Shown here in pieces: positions 18,869 to 29,997 of a stretch of DNA of 64,000 nt (positions within the stretch are counted from its first letter, which is position 1; each line of letters opens with the position of its first letter). Below the pieces are notes generated by a model. The model made no database searches. It was not told the DNA's origin and was given only the letters and a program-made list of their open reading frames with translations. A program made the translations under genes and the position numbers. The DNA comes from an uncultured Desulfospira sp. (GTDB lineage: Bacteria > Desulfobacterota > Desulfobacteria > Desulfobacterales > Desulfobacteraceae): the NCBI GenBank assembly GCA_963663165.1, contig OY760175.1, positions 5,600,001 to 5,664,000 of the forward strand, in the 5' to 3' direction.

Positions 18869-21219
18869 AGGCTGAATGCGTTTTTCAGGACATCCTCCAT
18901 TTGATCCGTAAAATAAAAATCCATATGGGTTTTAATGTGGTCCGGCACTTCCTCCATGTCTTTTTCATTCCACAAGGGCAGGATAAGTGACCGGATGCCG
19001 GCCCTGTGCGCGGCAATGACTTTTTCTTTAATGCCGCCCACGGGCAGCAGGTCTCCGCGTAAGGTGATTTCACCGGTCATGGCCAGGCGGGGCTTGACCC
19101 TCTGCCCGCAGACCAGAGAGGACAGGGCGGTCAGGATGGTTACCCCGGCAGAGGGACCGTCCTTAGGGATAGCGCCTTCAGGGACATGGACATGGATGTC
19201 ATGGGTTTTAAAAAAAGATTCATCCACCTTGAGTTTTTCCGCATTGGCCCGGATATAGCTTAAGGCTGTTCTGGCCGACTCTTTCATGACATCCCCTAAC
19301 TGGCCGGTCAGGGTCAGTCTGCCGTTGCCTTTCATGGCGGCAGCCTCCACAAAGAGGATCTCACCGCCCACCGGGGTCCAGGCAAGTCCCACCACCACCC
19401 CGGGCTTTTTAACACTCAAGGCAAGGTCCGGCATATTTCTGACCGGGCCTAAATATTCGGGGATGTCCTTTTGGCCGATCACCAGGCTTTGGGCCTTGTC
19501 TTCGGCCACTTTGGCGGCGACCCCCCGGCAGACCGTGCCGATTTCCCGCTCCAGGTTGCGAAGTCCGGATTCCCGGGTATACCCGGATATGATCCGTTTG
19601 ACGGCCCCCGGGGTGATTTTGATCTGGCCGGCAGTAAGGCCGTTGGCTTCCCGCTGCCGGGGGATCAGGTACCGGGTGGCGATTTTAAGCTTTTCGTCCT
19701 CGGTGTAGCCGTTCAGCTCCAAGACTTCCATGCGGTCCCGCAGGGGGGCCGGAATGGTATGAAGCACATTGGCCGTGGTTAAGAACATGACATCGGACAG
19801 GTCAAAGGGCACGTCCAGGTAATGGTCGGAAAAGGAAAAATTCTGTTCCGGGTCCAGAACCTCAAGCAGGGCAGAGGACGGATCCCCATGGTAGGAGGAA
19901 TCTACTTTGTCTATTTCATCCAGCATAAAAACCGGGTTCTTTTTCCCGGCCTTTCGCAGGTGCTGGATAATTCTTCCGGGAAGCGCCCCCACATAAGTTC
20001 GCCGGTGTCCCCTGATCTCCGCCTCGTCCCTTACCCCGCCCAGGGCGATTCTGACAAATTTTCTGCCCAGAGCCCTGGCAATGGACCGGCCCAGGGAGGT
20101 TTTGCCGGTTCCCGGAGGCCCCACAAAACAGAGGATGGGGCCTTTGGAATCCTTTTTGAGTTTTCTGACGGCCAGGTATTCCAGAATCCGCTTTTTGGGC
20201 TTTTCAAGGCCGAAATGATCCTGGTTCAGCACCTGCCGGGCCTTGGGGATATCCAACCGGTCTTTGGATGCCTCATTCCACGGAAGGGATGTCAGCCAGT
20301 CCAGGTATGTGGATGCCACCACATATTCCGAAGACGAGGGATGCATCCTGGAAAGGCGCAAAAGCTCCCGGTCCGCCTCTTTCGCAGCCTCTTCCGGCAG
20401 CTGTTTCTTCTTGATCAACGCCTTGTATTCAAGGATTTCGACCCCCTGGTCCTCATTTTCTCCAAGCTCTTCCTTGATGGCCTTGAGTTGCTGGCGCAGA
20501 TAATATTCACGCTGGCGCTTGTCCATGTCCTCCTTGACCTGGCTCTGGATTTTGGAACCCATTTCAAGGATTTCAAGCTGGTCATTGACCATCCGGGTGA
20601 CTTTTTTCAACCGGCGGGTTACATCGAGAAGCTCAATGACTTTCTGCTTTTCCAGCACCGGGGCATTGATGGTGGAGGCCACCATATCGGCCAGGACGTT
20701 GGGTTCCTGAATGGACTTGATCATCTGGCTTAACTCAGAGGGCAGGCCCGGGGACAGATCCACTATTTTTTCATACTGCTCAACGATATTGGCCATCAAG
20801 GCCCGGTTTTCCACACTGGCCTGACTGTTTTTGCTTTCCATAACTTCAATGCGGGCCTGCATATAGGGCTTTCCATGAAGAAATTCAAGGACCTTGAACC
20901 GGTTTAGTCCCTGGATCATCAGCTGGGCTTTGTCATCTTCCATTTTGGACATTTTCAGGATCATGGCCACGGCCCCGATTTTGAAAAGGTCCTCTGCCGT
21001 ATGCTTTGTGTTGATGTCCGACCGCCGGGACAACAGCAGTCCGAGCATCCGGTTGCCGGCCATGGCTTCGTCTATCAGGTCCACCGCCTCCTTCTGGACC
21101 AGAACCAGGGGCAGCACCATTTTGGGAAACAGATTGGTATCCACAATGGGAAGAATGGGAATGGTTTGGGGGATATGGGCGCTGGAGATTTGTGCTGAAT
21201 GGGGGCTGATATCATCCAT
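18865..21219 (-). CDS. lon: Lon protease
   Basis: GPPGTGKTS, HRRTYVGALPG, PKDGPSAG. Confidence 0.97.
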   Translation of the reverse strand: MDDISPHSAQISSAHIPQTIPILPIVDTNLFPKMVLPLVLVQKEAVDLIDEAMAGNRMLGLLLSRRSDINTKHTAEDLFKIGAVAMILKMSKMEDDKAQLMIQGLNRFKVLEFLHGKPYMQARIEVMESKNSQASVENRALMANIVEQYEKIVDLSPGLPSELSQMIKSIQEPNVLADMVASTINAPVLEKQKVIELLDVTRRLKKVTRMVNDQLEILEMGSKIQSQVKEDMDKRQREYYLRQQLKAIKEELGENEDQGVEILEYKALIKKKQLPEEAAKEADRELLRLSRMHPSSSEYVVASTYLDWLTSLPWNEASKDRLDIPKARQVLNQDHFGLEKPKKRILEYLAVRKLKKDSKGPILCFVGPPGTGKTSLGRSIARALGRKFVRIALGGVRDEAEIRGHRRTYVGALPGRIIQHLRKAGKKNPVFMLDEIDKVDSSYHGDPSSALLEVLDPEQNFSFSDHYLDVPFDLSDVMFLTTANVLHTIPAPLRDRMEVLELNGYTEDEKLKIATRYLIPRQREANGLTAGQIKITPGAVKRIISGYTRESGLRNLEREIGTVCRGVAAKVAEDKAQSLVIGQKDIPEYLGPVRNMPDLALSVKKPGVVVGLAWTPVGGEILFVEAAAMKGNGRLTLTGQLGDVMKESARTALSYIRANAEKLKVDESFFKTHDIHVHVPEGAIPKDGPSAGVTILTALSSLVCGQRVKPRLAMTGEITLRGDLLPVGGIKEKVIAAHRAGIRSLILPLWNEKDMEEVPDHIKTHMDFYFTDQMEDVLKNAFSL

Positions 21220-21361
21220 GAACTGTCCTCGTAACGGGCTTGAATCCTTCGTTGATGCGGTGCTGCCGGGATTTATGTAAAACTGCGCTCATATGTGATG
21301 CGTAACCTCAATGTTTTTTTGTAAATAAACCCGGGAAGGATTCCGGGTTGCCCGGGGGGCG

Positions 21362-21814
21362 TCAGGCAAAATCTATGGATATATTCCTTTTATGGTCCAT
21401 GTTCTGGGGCCGGGCTTTTCCTAAACTTAACTTGAGAAATCCATTGGTAAACGTTGCGGATACTTTTTCCACATCAATGGCAGTGGGCAGGTACAACACC
21501 CTCTCAAACTGGCCAAATTGAATTTCGGCCAGCCGGTAAGTGGCCGTGGGATGGGGCTGGTTGTTTTTCCGGGTTCCGGTGATTTTTACGGCCTTGCCTG
21601 AAACTTCGATAATGATATCTTCTTTTTTTACACCGGCAATCTCAGCCTGGATAATGATCTCCTCCCGGGTTTCGAACATATCCATCTGGGGCTTGAAGAT
21701 TGGTTTTGAAAAACAGAACATGGGGCTGACCGACTGAAACATATTTTCAAAAGATTTCTCCTGTCCCGAATGTGTTTCTATGCTGTCTCCGAACCTGATC
21801 TCAATATGTTTCAT
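21362..21814 (-). CDS. Hsp20 small heat-shock protein
   Basis: AEIAGV, FGQFER, ATFTNGFL. Confidence 0.9.
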   Translation of the reverse strand: MKHIEIRFGDSIETHSGQEKSFENMFQSVSPMFCFSKPIFKPQMDMFETREEIIIQAEIAGVKKEDIIIEVSGKAVKITGTRKNNQPHPTATYRLAEIQFGQFERVLYLPTAIDVEKVSATFTNGFLKLSLGKARPQNMDHKRNISIDFA

Positions 21815-22089
21815 ATGTCCGCCGCAGGCTGCCGGATATATCCGGATCAGCCCAAATTAAAAATTGAAACGAAACCCCCTGATTTGTTTTACGCCTTTGC
21901 TGTAAGAATGATGCCATAAAACAGCAGGTTAACTTAGCAAAGATACCATTTGAAGGCGCCCTTGTAAAGCGCAATCGAAAAACGGGTTGCAAATTTTGGC
22001 CGTTTTTCTAGGGCCGGCCCCGCCCTTTTCTCGTCCCTGTTTGGTGCTCCGGCTTTTGATGGTTAATTTTTGCTGACCAAATGTTCATT

Positions 22090-22180
22090 TTATATGAAAG
22101 TCTCACTAACATCTTGAGAAGACTTTCATTATTTGTTGTGGGCGGTTCTTGGTTGGATAACCAAGACGGCCCGTGGCCGT
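22090..22180. repeat. 91-bp double-hairpin intergenic repeat
   Basis: Near-identical to 36526-36616 and 36617-36707. Confidence 0.9.
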
Positions 22181-22190
22181 TAGTCCTGAT

Positions 22191-23792
22191 TTATTTATCC
22201 AGGGTCTGCCTTAATGCCCGGGAAAATTCGAACATGGAATAGGGTTTTCGGATCAGCCCGTGGTATTCCCTTTCAGGAATTTTCTGCTCCTCCCGGGAAT
22301 GGCCCGCCGCCAGAAGGATTTTCACATCTTCTCGCATTTTCTTGATTTCAGCGATAAGCTTTATGAGATCCATCTTTACCATAGGCACATCCAGGGCCAC
22401 CAGTAGAATTTCATCCCCGTACATGGAGAATATTTTCAAGGCCTCCATACCGTCTCTGGCCGTGATGACGTTATACCCATGTTCCACAAGAAATTTTTTG
22501 CCCTGAATGAAGCCATTTTCCTTTTCATCCACCACCAGAATGGTTTCCGTTCCCTTGATTCCGGGGTCGATTTCACGGCTCTTGAGAAGCTCGCCAGGCC
22601 CGGCGCCGGGCAGTGCCGGAAGGCAGACATGAAAGATGGACCCCCTGCCAAGCTCACTGTCCACCGTAATAAACCCGCCATGGTTTTTGATGATTCCAAA
22701 TACCGTGGACAACCCCAGGCCCCGGCCTTTTTTATCGCCCACTTCTTTGGTGGAGAAAAACGGGTCAAATATTTTCTTTTGAATTTCCCTGCCCATGCCC
22801 ACGCCGGTATCTTTGATGCTGATTCGAATATAATCGCCGGGCTCAACGGTAAAGGGATAGTCATGGTTTTCGGGTACCGTGAAGTTCCGGGTGGATACAA
22901 AGATTTTGCCGTGGTCGGCAATGGCTTCTGATGCGTTTAACATTAGGTTAAGGCAGACCTGTTCCAACTGGGCCTGATCGCCTTCAATGGTGGCCAGGTC
23001 CTTTTCAAGGGATTTGCTCAGGTCCATATCCTTTCGGGTGGAACTGAAAATATCCAGGGCAATGGATACCACATTGTTTACATCCAGGGGAATGATCTGG
23101 TATTTTCCGCCCCTGGCAAAGCCTAAGAGCCGGTTGGTCAGTTCCGCGGCGGTTCCCACCAGTTCTTTGATCTGGTGGATGTGTGAGGTAATTTTTTCCG
23201 TGGCGGTTAAATCGATCCGCATCAGGGACAGGTGGCCCTGGATGCCCATCAGGATGTTATTGAAATCATGGGAAATTCCTCCGGCAAGGACCCCGATGGC
23301 CTCCATTTTCTGGGCCTGCTGGAGCTGGATCTGGAGGCTTTTGATCTCAGAGATGTCCGTGACAATCACGACGGTTCCCTTTTCCGGGCTTCGGGGATCC
23401 AGTAAAGACGCCCTGACCCGGCAGTCCAGAACGGTTCCGTCTTTTCGGGCCAGGCAGGTTTCGATCAGGGCGACACCGAATTTTTCCATCCCGGAAGACA
23501 ACTGTCTGCCGGCCCGGTAAAAATCGCTCTTTGAGGCAAAAAATGCCCGAAGGTCAATCCCCTTGAGGGTTCCGAACTCATAGCCGAACATGGCATATAA
23601 ATTTTCATTGGCCCAGACAAGGGTCCCGCTGGAGACAATCCCGATTCCGGCAGGCAAGGTTGCCAGAATGTTTTTCATCTGGTTCAGTGTCAGACAGTCC
23701 TGGTCTGAAATTTCACTGCAATCGCAGGGTCCGATCTCGTCAATGAGATTTTCCATCTCCATGCGGCCGTCCTTTTGCCTTTGAGTTGTCAT
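22191..23792 (-). CDS. PAS hybrid sensor histidine kinase
   Basis: ISHDFNN H-box, DTGVGM, GRGLGL, C-terminal atypical receiver. Confidence 0.9.
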   Translation of the reverse strand: MTTQRQKDGRMEMENLIDEIGPCDCSEISDQDCLTLNQMKNILATLPAGIGIVSSGTLVWANENLYAMFGYEFGTLKGIDLRAFFASKSDFYRAGRQLSSGMEKFGVALIETCLARKDGTVLDCRVRASLLDPRSPEKGTVVIVTDISEIKSLQIQLQQAQKMEAIGVLAGGISHDFNNILMGIQGHLSLMRIDLTATEKITSHIHQIKELVGTAAELTNRLLGFARGGKYQIIPLDVNNVVSIALDIFSSTRKDMDLSKSLEKDLATIEGDQAQLEQVCLNLMLNASEAIADHGKIFVSTRNFTVPENHDYPFTVEPGDYIRISIKDTGVGMGREIQKKIFDPFFSTKEVGDKKGRGLGLSTVFGIIKNHGGFITVDSELGRGSIFHVCLPALPGAGPGELLKSREIDPGIKGTETILVVDEKENGFIQGKKFLVEHGYNVITARDGMEALKIFSMYGDEILLVALDVPMVKMDLIKLIAEIKKMREDVKILLAAGHSREEQKIPEREYHGLIRKPYSMFEFSRALRQTLDK

Positions 23793-23882
23793 GGTAGCAT
23801 CTCCATTTGAATAAATTGACTACCAATTAATTAATTGATACTTAATATCATAATCTTTTACAGAATTTAAGGCCAATTAAAA

Positions 23883-25478
23883 TTGTTTGAAAAAAAAACC
23901 GTTCCTGGTATGCCCGACTTGGTTTATTTCCCATCCATTCTCAGCGGTTTGATGCTCACGGCCGGGTTCCCTTCCCTTAACGTGAATGTGTTGATGTTCG
24001 CGGCCCTGGCCCCTTTTCTGGTATCCCTTGAGGCCCTGGACCCGCGACAGGCGTTCTATGCAGGGGGGATCATGGGGCTTTGCCATTATATCACCCTGAT
24101 TTACTGGATTGTTCCCACCCTGTCCACCTATGGCGGTCTTCACCCGGTGTTGTCCCTGTCCGCCCTGATTCTGCTGTCAATTTACCTGTCCCTTTTTTTC
24201 GGCCTGTTTGCCTTTGGCATAAAAAAACTGGACCCGCCCCCGGTTATGCTTCCCCTGGCAGGGGGGTGCCTCTGGGCCGGCCTTGAGTGGATCAGGACCT
24301 ATGCGCTGACCGGGTTTGCCTGGGGGGCCTTGGGGTACAGCCAGTATACCCACCTGTTCCTGATTCAGGCCGCAGATCTTGCCGGGGTTCTGGGGATTTC
24401 ATTTCTGATTCTGGTGAGCAACCATGCCATCGCGTTATGCTGGCAGGTTTTTGCCCCTTCTTTCGCCGGTAAACGGCCTGCTAAAAAACAGGTTCTGGCC
24501 TGCCTGGCTTATGGAATGATTCTGTTTGGAGCTGTTTTGGGGTACGGCCGGCATAGAATCCAAACCATGGATCAGATCATGGCATCCTGTCCCGGTCCAA
24601 CGGTTTCCGTTATCCAGGGCAATATCCGCCAGGAGCTTAAATGGAGCCAGGAATTTAAAACATCGACCATGGAAAAATACGGGGCACTGTCCCTTGAAGC
24701 GGCCCGATCCAACCCGGATCTTCTGGTGTGGCCTGAAACCGCCCTGCCGTTTTATTATGGCTATGATATGGATTATACCCCGGTGATGGATCAGATTGTT
24801 CAAAGGGCCGGGACCAGTTTTTTAATCGGCAGTCCGGCCTTTGAAAGAACCCGGGAAAGCATTTTATTTTTTAACCGGGCCACCATGCTCAATCCCCTGG
24901 GTCTTGAGGCAGGCCATTATGACAAAACCCATTTGGTTCCCTTTGGGGAGTATGTTCCCTTTGGAGAAATTCTTCAATTTTTGGGAAAGCTTACCGAGCA
25001 GGCCGGTGATTTTACCCCGGGGCATACCGGGTTTGTCCCCTTAACCTTTGCCGCCAAGGATAACCAGAAATTTCAAACCGGGGTCCTGATTTGTTTTGAA
25101 ATTCTTTTTCCTTCCATTTCCGCGAAGTTTACCCGGGCCGGGGCTGATTTTTTGACCACCACCACCAATGATGCCTGGTTCGGCAGAACATCTGCCCCTT
25201 TTCAGCATTTTTCCATCGCTGTTTTAAGGGCCGTTGAGAACCGGCGCAGCATTGTCCGCGCCGCCAACACCGGAATATCCGGGTTTATCGATCCGGTCGG
25301 GCGGATGGTGGCACAGACCGCCTTGTTCCAGGATGCCGTTGTTACCCGAAAGGTGCCGGTGGTGACGGACATCACCGTTTATTCCCGGCACCCGGATTTG
25401 TTTGGTTTAACCGCACTGGTTGCATTCCTGGCAGCCTTTGTGGTAAAAGCTTCAAAAAAAACCTTGAGGAGATCTTAA
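23883..25478 (+). CDS. lnt: Apolipoprotein N-acyltransferase
   Basis: QGNI, WPETA, KTHLVPFGEYVP, ICFE, NDAWFG, RAANTGIS. Confidence 0.95.
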   Translation: MFEKKTVPGMPDLVYFPSILSGLMLTAGFPSLNVNVLMFAALAPFLVSLEALDPRQAFYAGGIMGLCHYITLIYWIVPTLSTYGGLHPVLSLSALILLSIYLSLFFGLFAFGIKKLDPPPVMLPLAGGCLWAGLEWIRTYALTGFAWGALGYSQYTHLFLIQAADLAGVLGISFLILVSNHAIALCWQVFAPSFAGKRPAKKQVLACLAYGMILFGAVLGYGRHRIQTMDQIMASCPGPTVSVIQGNIRQELKWSQEFKTSTMEKYGALSLEAARSNPDLLVWPETALPFYYGYDMDYTPVMDQIVQRAGTSFLIGSPAFERTRESILFFNRATMLNPLGLEAGHYDKTHLVPFGEYVPFGEILQFLGKLTEQAGDFTPGHTGFVPLTFAAKDNQKFQTGVLICFEILFPSISAKFTRAGADFLTTTTNDAWFGRTSAPFQHFSIAVLRAVENRRSIVRAANTGISGFIDPVGRMVAQTALFQDAVVTRKVPVVTDITVYSRHPDLFGLTALVAFLAAFVVKASKKTLRRS

Positions 25479-25481
25479 GTC

Positions 25482-26571
25482 ATGAGTGCAGAATTAAAAC
25501 AAGCCCTGTTAAATCTTACCGCCAAAGCTGAAAAGCTCAAGGAGTATCTTTGACCTGCCGGTCAAACTCAAACGCCTCCGGGAAATAGAACATTTCAGTG
25601 CCAGAGAGGATTTCTGGAACGACGCAGACAAGGCCACAGACCTGTTAAGGGAGCAGAATATCCTTTCAAATCTCGTGGACACCTGTGAATCCATTTTCAG
25701 CGAAATTGATGATGCCAATGTCCTTTTGGAACTGGCCAGGGAAGAAGAAGACCGGGAAAGCGAGCAGGAAGTGGCCGGCCTGGTCAAAACCCTTGAAAAA
25801 AAGATTAAAAAATTCTCCCTGGACATTACCCTGGACAGCGAGGACGACGCCAGGAATGCCCTGGTGTCCATCAATGCCGGGGCCGGGGGCACAGACTCCC
25901 AGGACTGGGCCGAGATGCTGTTTCGCATGTATACCCGCTGGATCGATAAAAAAGGGTATAAAATGAAGGTGATTGACTATCAGCCCGGGGACGAGGCCGG
26001 GATCAAAGGCGTCACCCTCCAGGTTTCAGGAGAAAACTGCTATGGGTTCATGAAGGTGGAATCCGGGGTTCACCGCCTGGTCCGGATTTCCCCCTTCAAT
26101 GCCAGCGGAAAACGGCACACCTCCTTTGCCTCGGTGTTTGTCTATCCTGAAATCAAAGATGAAATTAAAATTGATATTGATGAAGGGGACCTGCGCATTG
26201 ACGTCTACCGGGCCAGCGGTTCCGGGGGGCAGCATGTCAACAAGACCAGTTCGGCTGTGCGCATCACCCATCTGCCCACCGGCGTGGTGGTCCAGTGCCA
26301 GCAGGAGCCGTCCCAGCACCGGAACAAGGAAATTGCCATGAAGGTTCTCAAGTCCCGGCTTTACCGGCTTGAGCAGGAAAAACAGGACCAGAAAATGCAA
26401 AGCCTCTATGAGGGCAAAGACGACATTGCCTTTGGCAACCAGATCCGCTCCTATGTCCTTCACCCCTACCGGCTCGTAAAAGACCACCGGACCGGCCAGG
26501 AAATCGGTGATGTGGACCGGGTCCTGAACGGTGACCTTGATCCGTTTATTGAAGGGGTGCTGCTGTCTTGA
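25482..26571 (+). CDS. prfB: Peptide chain release factor 2 with programmed +1 frameshift
   Basis: ATG 25482, AGGAGTATCTTTGAC slippery site (CTT 25548, TGA 25551), SPF and GGQ motifs. Confidence 0.97.
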
Positions 26572-26572
26572 A

Positions 26573-26646
26573 TAGCTTTTAGCTGTTAGCCATCAGCTTT
26601 CAGATCCCCGTCGGCTAACAGCTAACAGCTAAAGGCTAACAGCTAA
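26573..26646. repeat. Inverted arrays of heptamer repeats (TAGCTGT / GCTAACA)
   Basis: tagcttttagctgttagc...gctaacagctaacagctaaaggctaacagctaa. Confidence 0.75.
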
Positions 26647-26652
26647 TAAACA

Positions 26653-27213
26653 ATGAATCCAGACAAAATTATCGATAAATATTACCCGCCGGGCTCCCGT
26701 CTCAATGCCCTGCTCAAGGACCACGGACACAAGGTGGCCCAAAAAAGCCTTGAAATTGCCAAGAACCTTCCCAAAGACCAGCAGGTGCTTCTGGACCTGA
26801 AGTTTTTGGAAAATGCCGCCATTCTCCACGACATCGGCATATTTAAGACCAGTTCCCCATCCATTGGATGCCAGGGAGACCTGCCCTATGTCTGTCACGG
26901 ATATCTGGGCCGGGAAATTCTGGATAACGAAGGGCTTGACCCGGCCTATGGCCTGGTGGCCGAACGGCATACCGGTGCCGGCATCACCCTTGAAAACATT
27001 ATCACCAACAACCTTCCCCTTCCCCACCGGGACCTGGTTCCCGTGACCCTGGAAGAAAAAATTATCTGCTGCGCGGACAAATATTTTTCAAAAAATTCCA
27101 AAAAAGCAGACCGGGAAATGACAGCTAAGAAAATTCTGAAAAAGCTGAACAAAATTAGCCCGGATCACGGGCAGCGGTTTGCCCTCTGGGTTAAAGAGTT
27201 TAAGCTTAAATAG
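26653..27213 (+). CDS. HD-domain phosphohydrolase
   Basis: AILHDIG, HGYLG, ERHTG, CADK. Confidence 0.9.
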   Translation: MNPDKIIDKYYPPGSRLNALLKDHGHKVAQKSLEIAKNLPKDQQVLLDLKFLENAAILHDIGIFKTSSPSIGCQGDLPYVCHGYLGREILDNEGLDPAYGLVAERHTGAGITLENIITNNLPLPHRDLVPVTLEEKIICCADKYFSKNSKKADREMTAKKILKKLNKISPDHGQRFALWVKEFKLK

Positions 27214-27224
27214 TGTTTGAACGA

Positions 27225-28109
27225 TTAAGAACTGGGAAAATCCTCATATATGTCGGGGAAATGCACTTTGTCAAAAAACGTATGAAGAAGAATTTTTTCA
27301 ACCGTCTCTTTGTGTTCTCCATCGGATAAAAAGTGGACATAGACCGGATATTGATGCCGGGCAGATCCCTGGACAATAAAAACGCGCTTTTCCTCAAGGA
27401 GGCGGGACACAAAACGCCTGGGCAGAAAAATCGTGCCGCCGTTTTCCAGGAAAAAATTTAAGGCCAGTTTGGCCGAGTTGGTGCGCAGGGCAGGGCGGGG
27501 CAGCAAATCCATTGACTGGGCATAGGCCACGGAAGGGTTTTTCCCCCAGTCAACCATGATATGATCCAGTTTCAAAGCTTCATTCAGGTCCATATCCGGG
27601 CTCAGGCAAAGCATGACCAGTTCGATTTCCCCCATCTTCCGGGAAACAAGGTTGGGCATGGGCAGGGCATCATAGGAAAAACAGATATCAATTCGCCGTT
27701 CCAGCACTTCTCTTATCAGGGTGTCATGGGGTTCTACTGAAACGGCAAAGGTCATTTCGGGCAGGGTGTGATGAAGATGGCTTACCAGGGGCAGCAGCAT
27801 ATTCTCCCACAGGCTTGAGACCCCGCCAATCCGTAAAGAAGGCCTTGGTTCTTCTTCCAGGGAAAGGGTTATGCAGGCTTTATCCCAGGCCTGGAGGACC
27901 TCTTTTGCGTGACGGACCAGTTTTTCACCATAATGGGTCAACTGGATATTATTTCGTTGCCGGTTAAACAACGGCCGTCCCACTTCCTGCTCAAGGAGCC
28001 GAACCCTCGCGCTGACAGCCGATTGGGTGACGTTCAGCCTGTTGGCGGCCTTGCCGAAATGGCGGGTTTGAACCAGTTCCATAAAAGTCTTGAGCAGTTC
28101 CGTATCCAT
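27225..28109 (-). CDS. LysR-family regulator (HdfR-like)
   Basis: MDTELLKTF...TRHFGKAA...TQSAVSAR. Confidence 0.9.
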   Translation of the reverse strand: MDTELLKTFMELVQTRHFGKAANRLNVTQSAVSARVRLLEQEVGRPLFNRQRNNIQLTHYGEKLVRHAKEVLQAWDKACITLSLEEEPRPSLRIGGVSSLWENMLLPLVSHLHHTLPEMTFAVSVEPHDTLIREVLERRIDICFSYDALPMPNLVSRKMGEIELVMLCLSPDMDLNEALKLDHIMVDWGKNPSVAYAQSMDLLPRPALRTNSAKLALNFFLENGGTIFLPRRFVSRLLEEKRVFIVQGSARHQYPVYVHFLSDGEHKETVEKILLHTFFDKVHFPDIYEDFPSS

Positions 28110-28244
28110 AATTCGGTAATCAACGACAATTTTTTTTTATCAATTCAATCATTTTATTTTGTTTTACCAGGAAATAGAAAGAAGATAAATAAGTATGCGC
28201 CTGAAGGCAGTTTAATTAACGCATATTTTTCAAAGGAGAAAATA

Positions 28245-28472
28245 ATGAAAAAAAAATTGATTACCCTTGCCGCTGCCCTTACCATAATGTTAACGGCACC
28301 GGCCATATGGGCAGCGGAACAGGAAGGGCCGACCGAAGATGATTGCCGGGCAATGGCCATCGAACAGAATATTCCGGAAGACGAGGTCGAGCAGTTCGTT
28401 GCGGATTGCCTGGCTGACCTGGCAAAGTCTGAATCCGGTGAGCAGAATGAGGAAGCCCCGGTAAAAGAATAA
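28245..28472 (+). CDS. Small secreted acidic two-Cys protein, divergent from the LysR gene
   Basis: RBS aaggag, signal peptide, C..A....I..DE...F..DC pattern. Confidence 0.75.
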   Translation: MKKKLITLAAALTIMLTAPAIWAAEQEGPTEDDCRAMAIEQNIPEDEVEQFVADCLADLAKSESGEQNEEAPVKE

Positions 28473-28587
28473 GACATATGTCCTGAAAAATGGTTCCCGG
28501 CCAATGCCGGGAACCATTTTGAACTTAAATCCGATGTGTTCCGGCAAAGGGGCACAGGGATAAAAAAAATAGTAACTTACGGGTCTG

Positions 28588-29697
28588 TCAGACCTCATTC
28601 AGTGCTTGCCGTTCTTCTTCGTGGTCTGCAAATTCCAGGGCAACCAGGCGGAAAGCCTCTTGCTGGTCCATAAAGGCATTGACCACATCCGGGTCAAAAT
28701 GGCTGCCGCTGTCGTTGAGCATGATTTCTTTGGCCTTGGCATGGGTAAAGGGCGGCTTGTATATCCTTTGGCTGATCAGGGCATCGTAAACATCGGCCAC
28801 GGCCATGATGCGGCCGGACAAGGGGATATCATAAGATTTGATTCCCAAAGGGTAGCCGGAGCCATCCCATTTTTCATGATGGCTGTATCCGATCTCCCGG
28901 GCGATCTGTAAAAAAGCACTGACCTGGCGTTCTTCCATGGCCGCTTCCGCTTTAAGAATGGTTTCTTTGCTGTAGTCGGTATGCTTTTTCATAATGGTAA
29001 ATTCCTGGTCGGTGAGCTTTCCCGGTTTAAGCAGGATGGCGTCGGGCACACCGACTTTCCCGATGTCATGCAGGGGCGCCGACTTATACAGAAGCCTGAC
29101 CGTATTCTCGTTGAGAACAGCGGCAAATTTGGGGTTTTTCTGCAAGGTCCGGGCCAGGATTTCTACATATTTCTGGGTCCGGATAATATGGCCGCCGGTT
29201 TCATTATCCCGGGTTTCAGCTAAGGCCGCAAGACTGTATATGGTGACCTCCCGGGTAAGCTCCAGTTCCCTTGTCCGCTCCAGGATCAAGTCTTCAAGGC
29301 GGTCCCGGTGCATTTTTAACTCCACATGGTTGCGGACCCGGGCTTTGACCAGGGGCGGGCTGACCGGTTTGATCAGGTAGTCCACAGCCCCGAGTTCCAG
29401 CCCTTTTTTTTCATCTTCCAGTTCATTCATGGCCGTGACAAAAATAATGGGGATATTGCGGGTGTCCGGGTCACTTTTCAGGGTTTCGGCAACCTGATAC
29501 CCGTTCATTTCCGGCATCATGATGTCTAAAAGGATGAGATCCGGCGGATGGTCTGACTGGGCGATCTTGATGGCGACATTTCCGTTAAGTGCTGCCTTAA
29601 CCTTATATTCGGCTTTTAAGATGCCCACCAGCACGTCAATGTTTTCCGGAGTATCGTCAACCACCAGAATGGTCCTTTTTTCCGACTCTATGATCAT
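28588..29697 (-). CDS. Response regulator with HD-GYP c-di-GMP phosphodiesterase
   Basis: REC domain, LHDIGK, HHEKWDGSGYP. Confidence 0.95.
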   Translation of the reverse strand: MIIESEKRTILVVDDTPENIDVLVGILKAEYKVKAALNGNVAIKIAQSDHPPDLILLDIMMPEMNGYQVAETLKSDPDTRNIPIIFVTAMNELEDEKKGLELGAVDYLIKPVSPPLVKARVRNHVELKMHRDRLEDLILERTRELELTREVTIYSLAALAETRDNETGGHIIRTQKYVEILARTLQKNPKFAAVLNENTVRLLYKSAPLHDIGKVGVPDAILLKPGKLTDQEFTIMKKHTDYSKETILKAEAAMEERQVSAFLQIAREIGYSHHEKWDGSGYPLGIKSYDIPLSGRIMAVADVYDALISQRIYKPPFTHAKAKEIMLNDSGSHFDPDVVNAFMDQQEAFRLVALEFADHEEERQALNEV

Positions 29698-29997
29698 GGT
29701 CTATCCCTCCCGGTTGATATTTGATCACAAATTATTCAGGGAAGTTATATTGTTTGTAAATGAATATGAGTTGGCTTCCCATCACAAGCTTGGCCAATGG
29801 TACGCAGGATATCTTGAATACGCTGTTTGAATTAAAAGATTCAAACGGCGATATTCGCAAATTTTTTCGGCTTGAAATTCAACTTTAAGTGCGGCCTGCA
29901 ATTTCAACATGTCATTTATGTAATATTCAAATGTACCAGTCGGGCCGCTCGAATACAAGTCTAAAATTAACGGAGACCGGGGGCCGGAGACCGGAAC

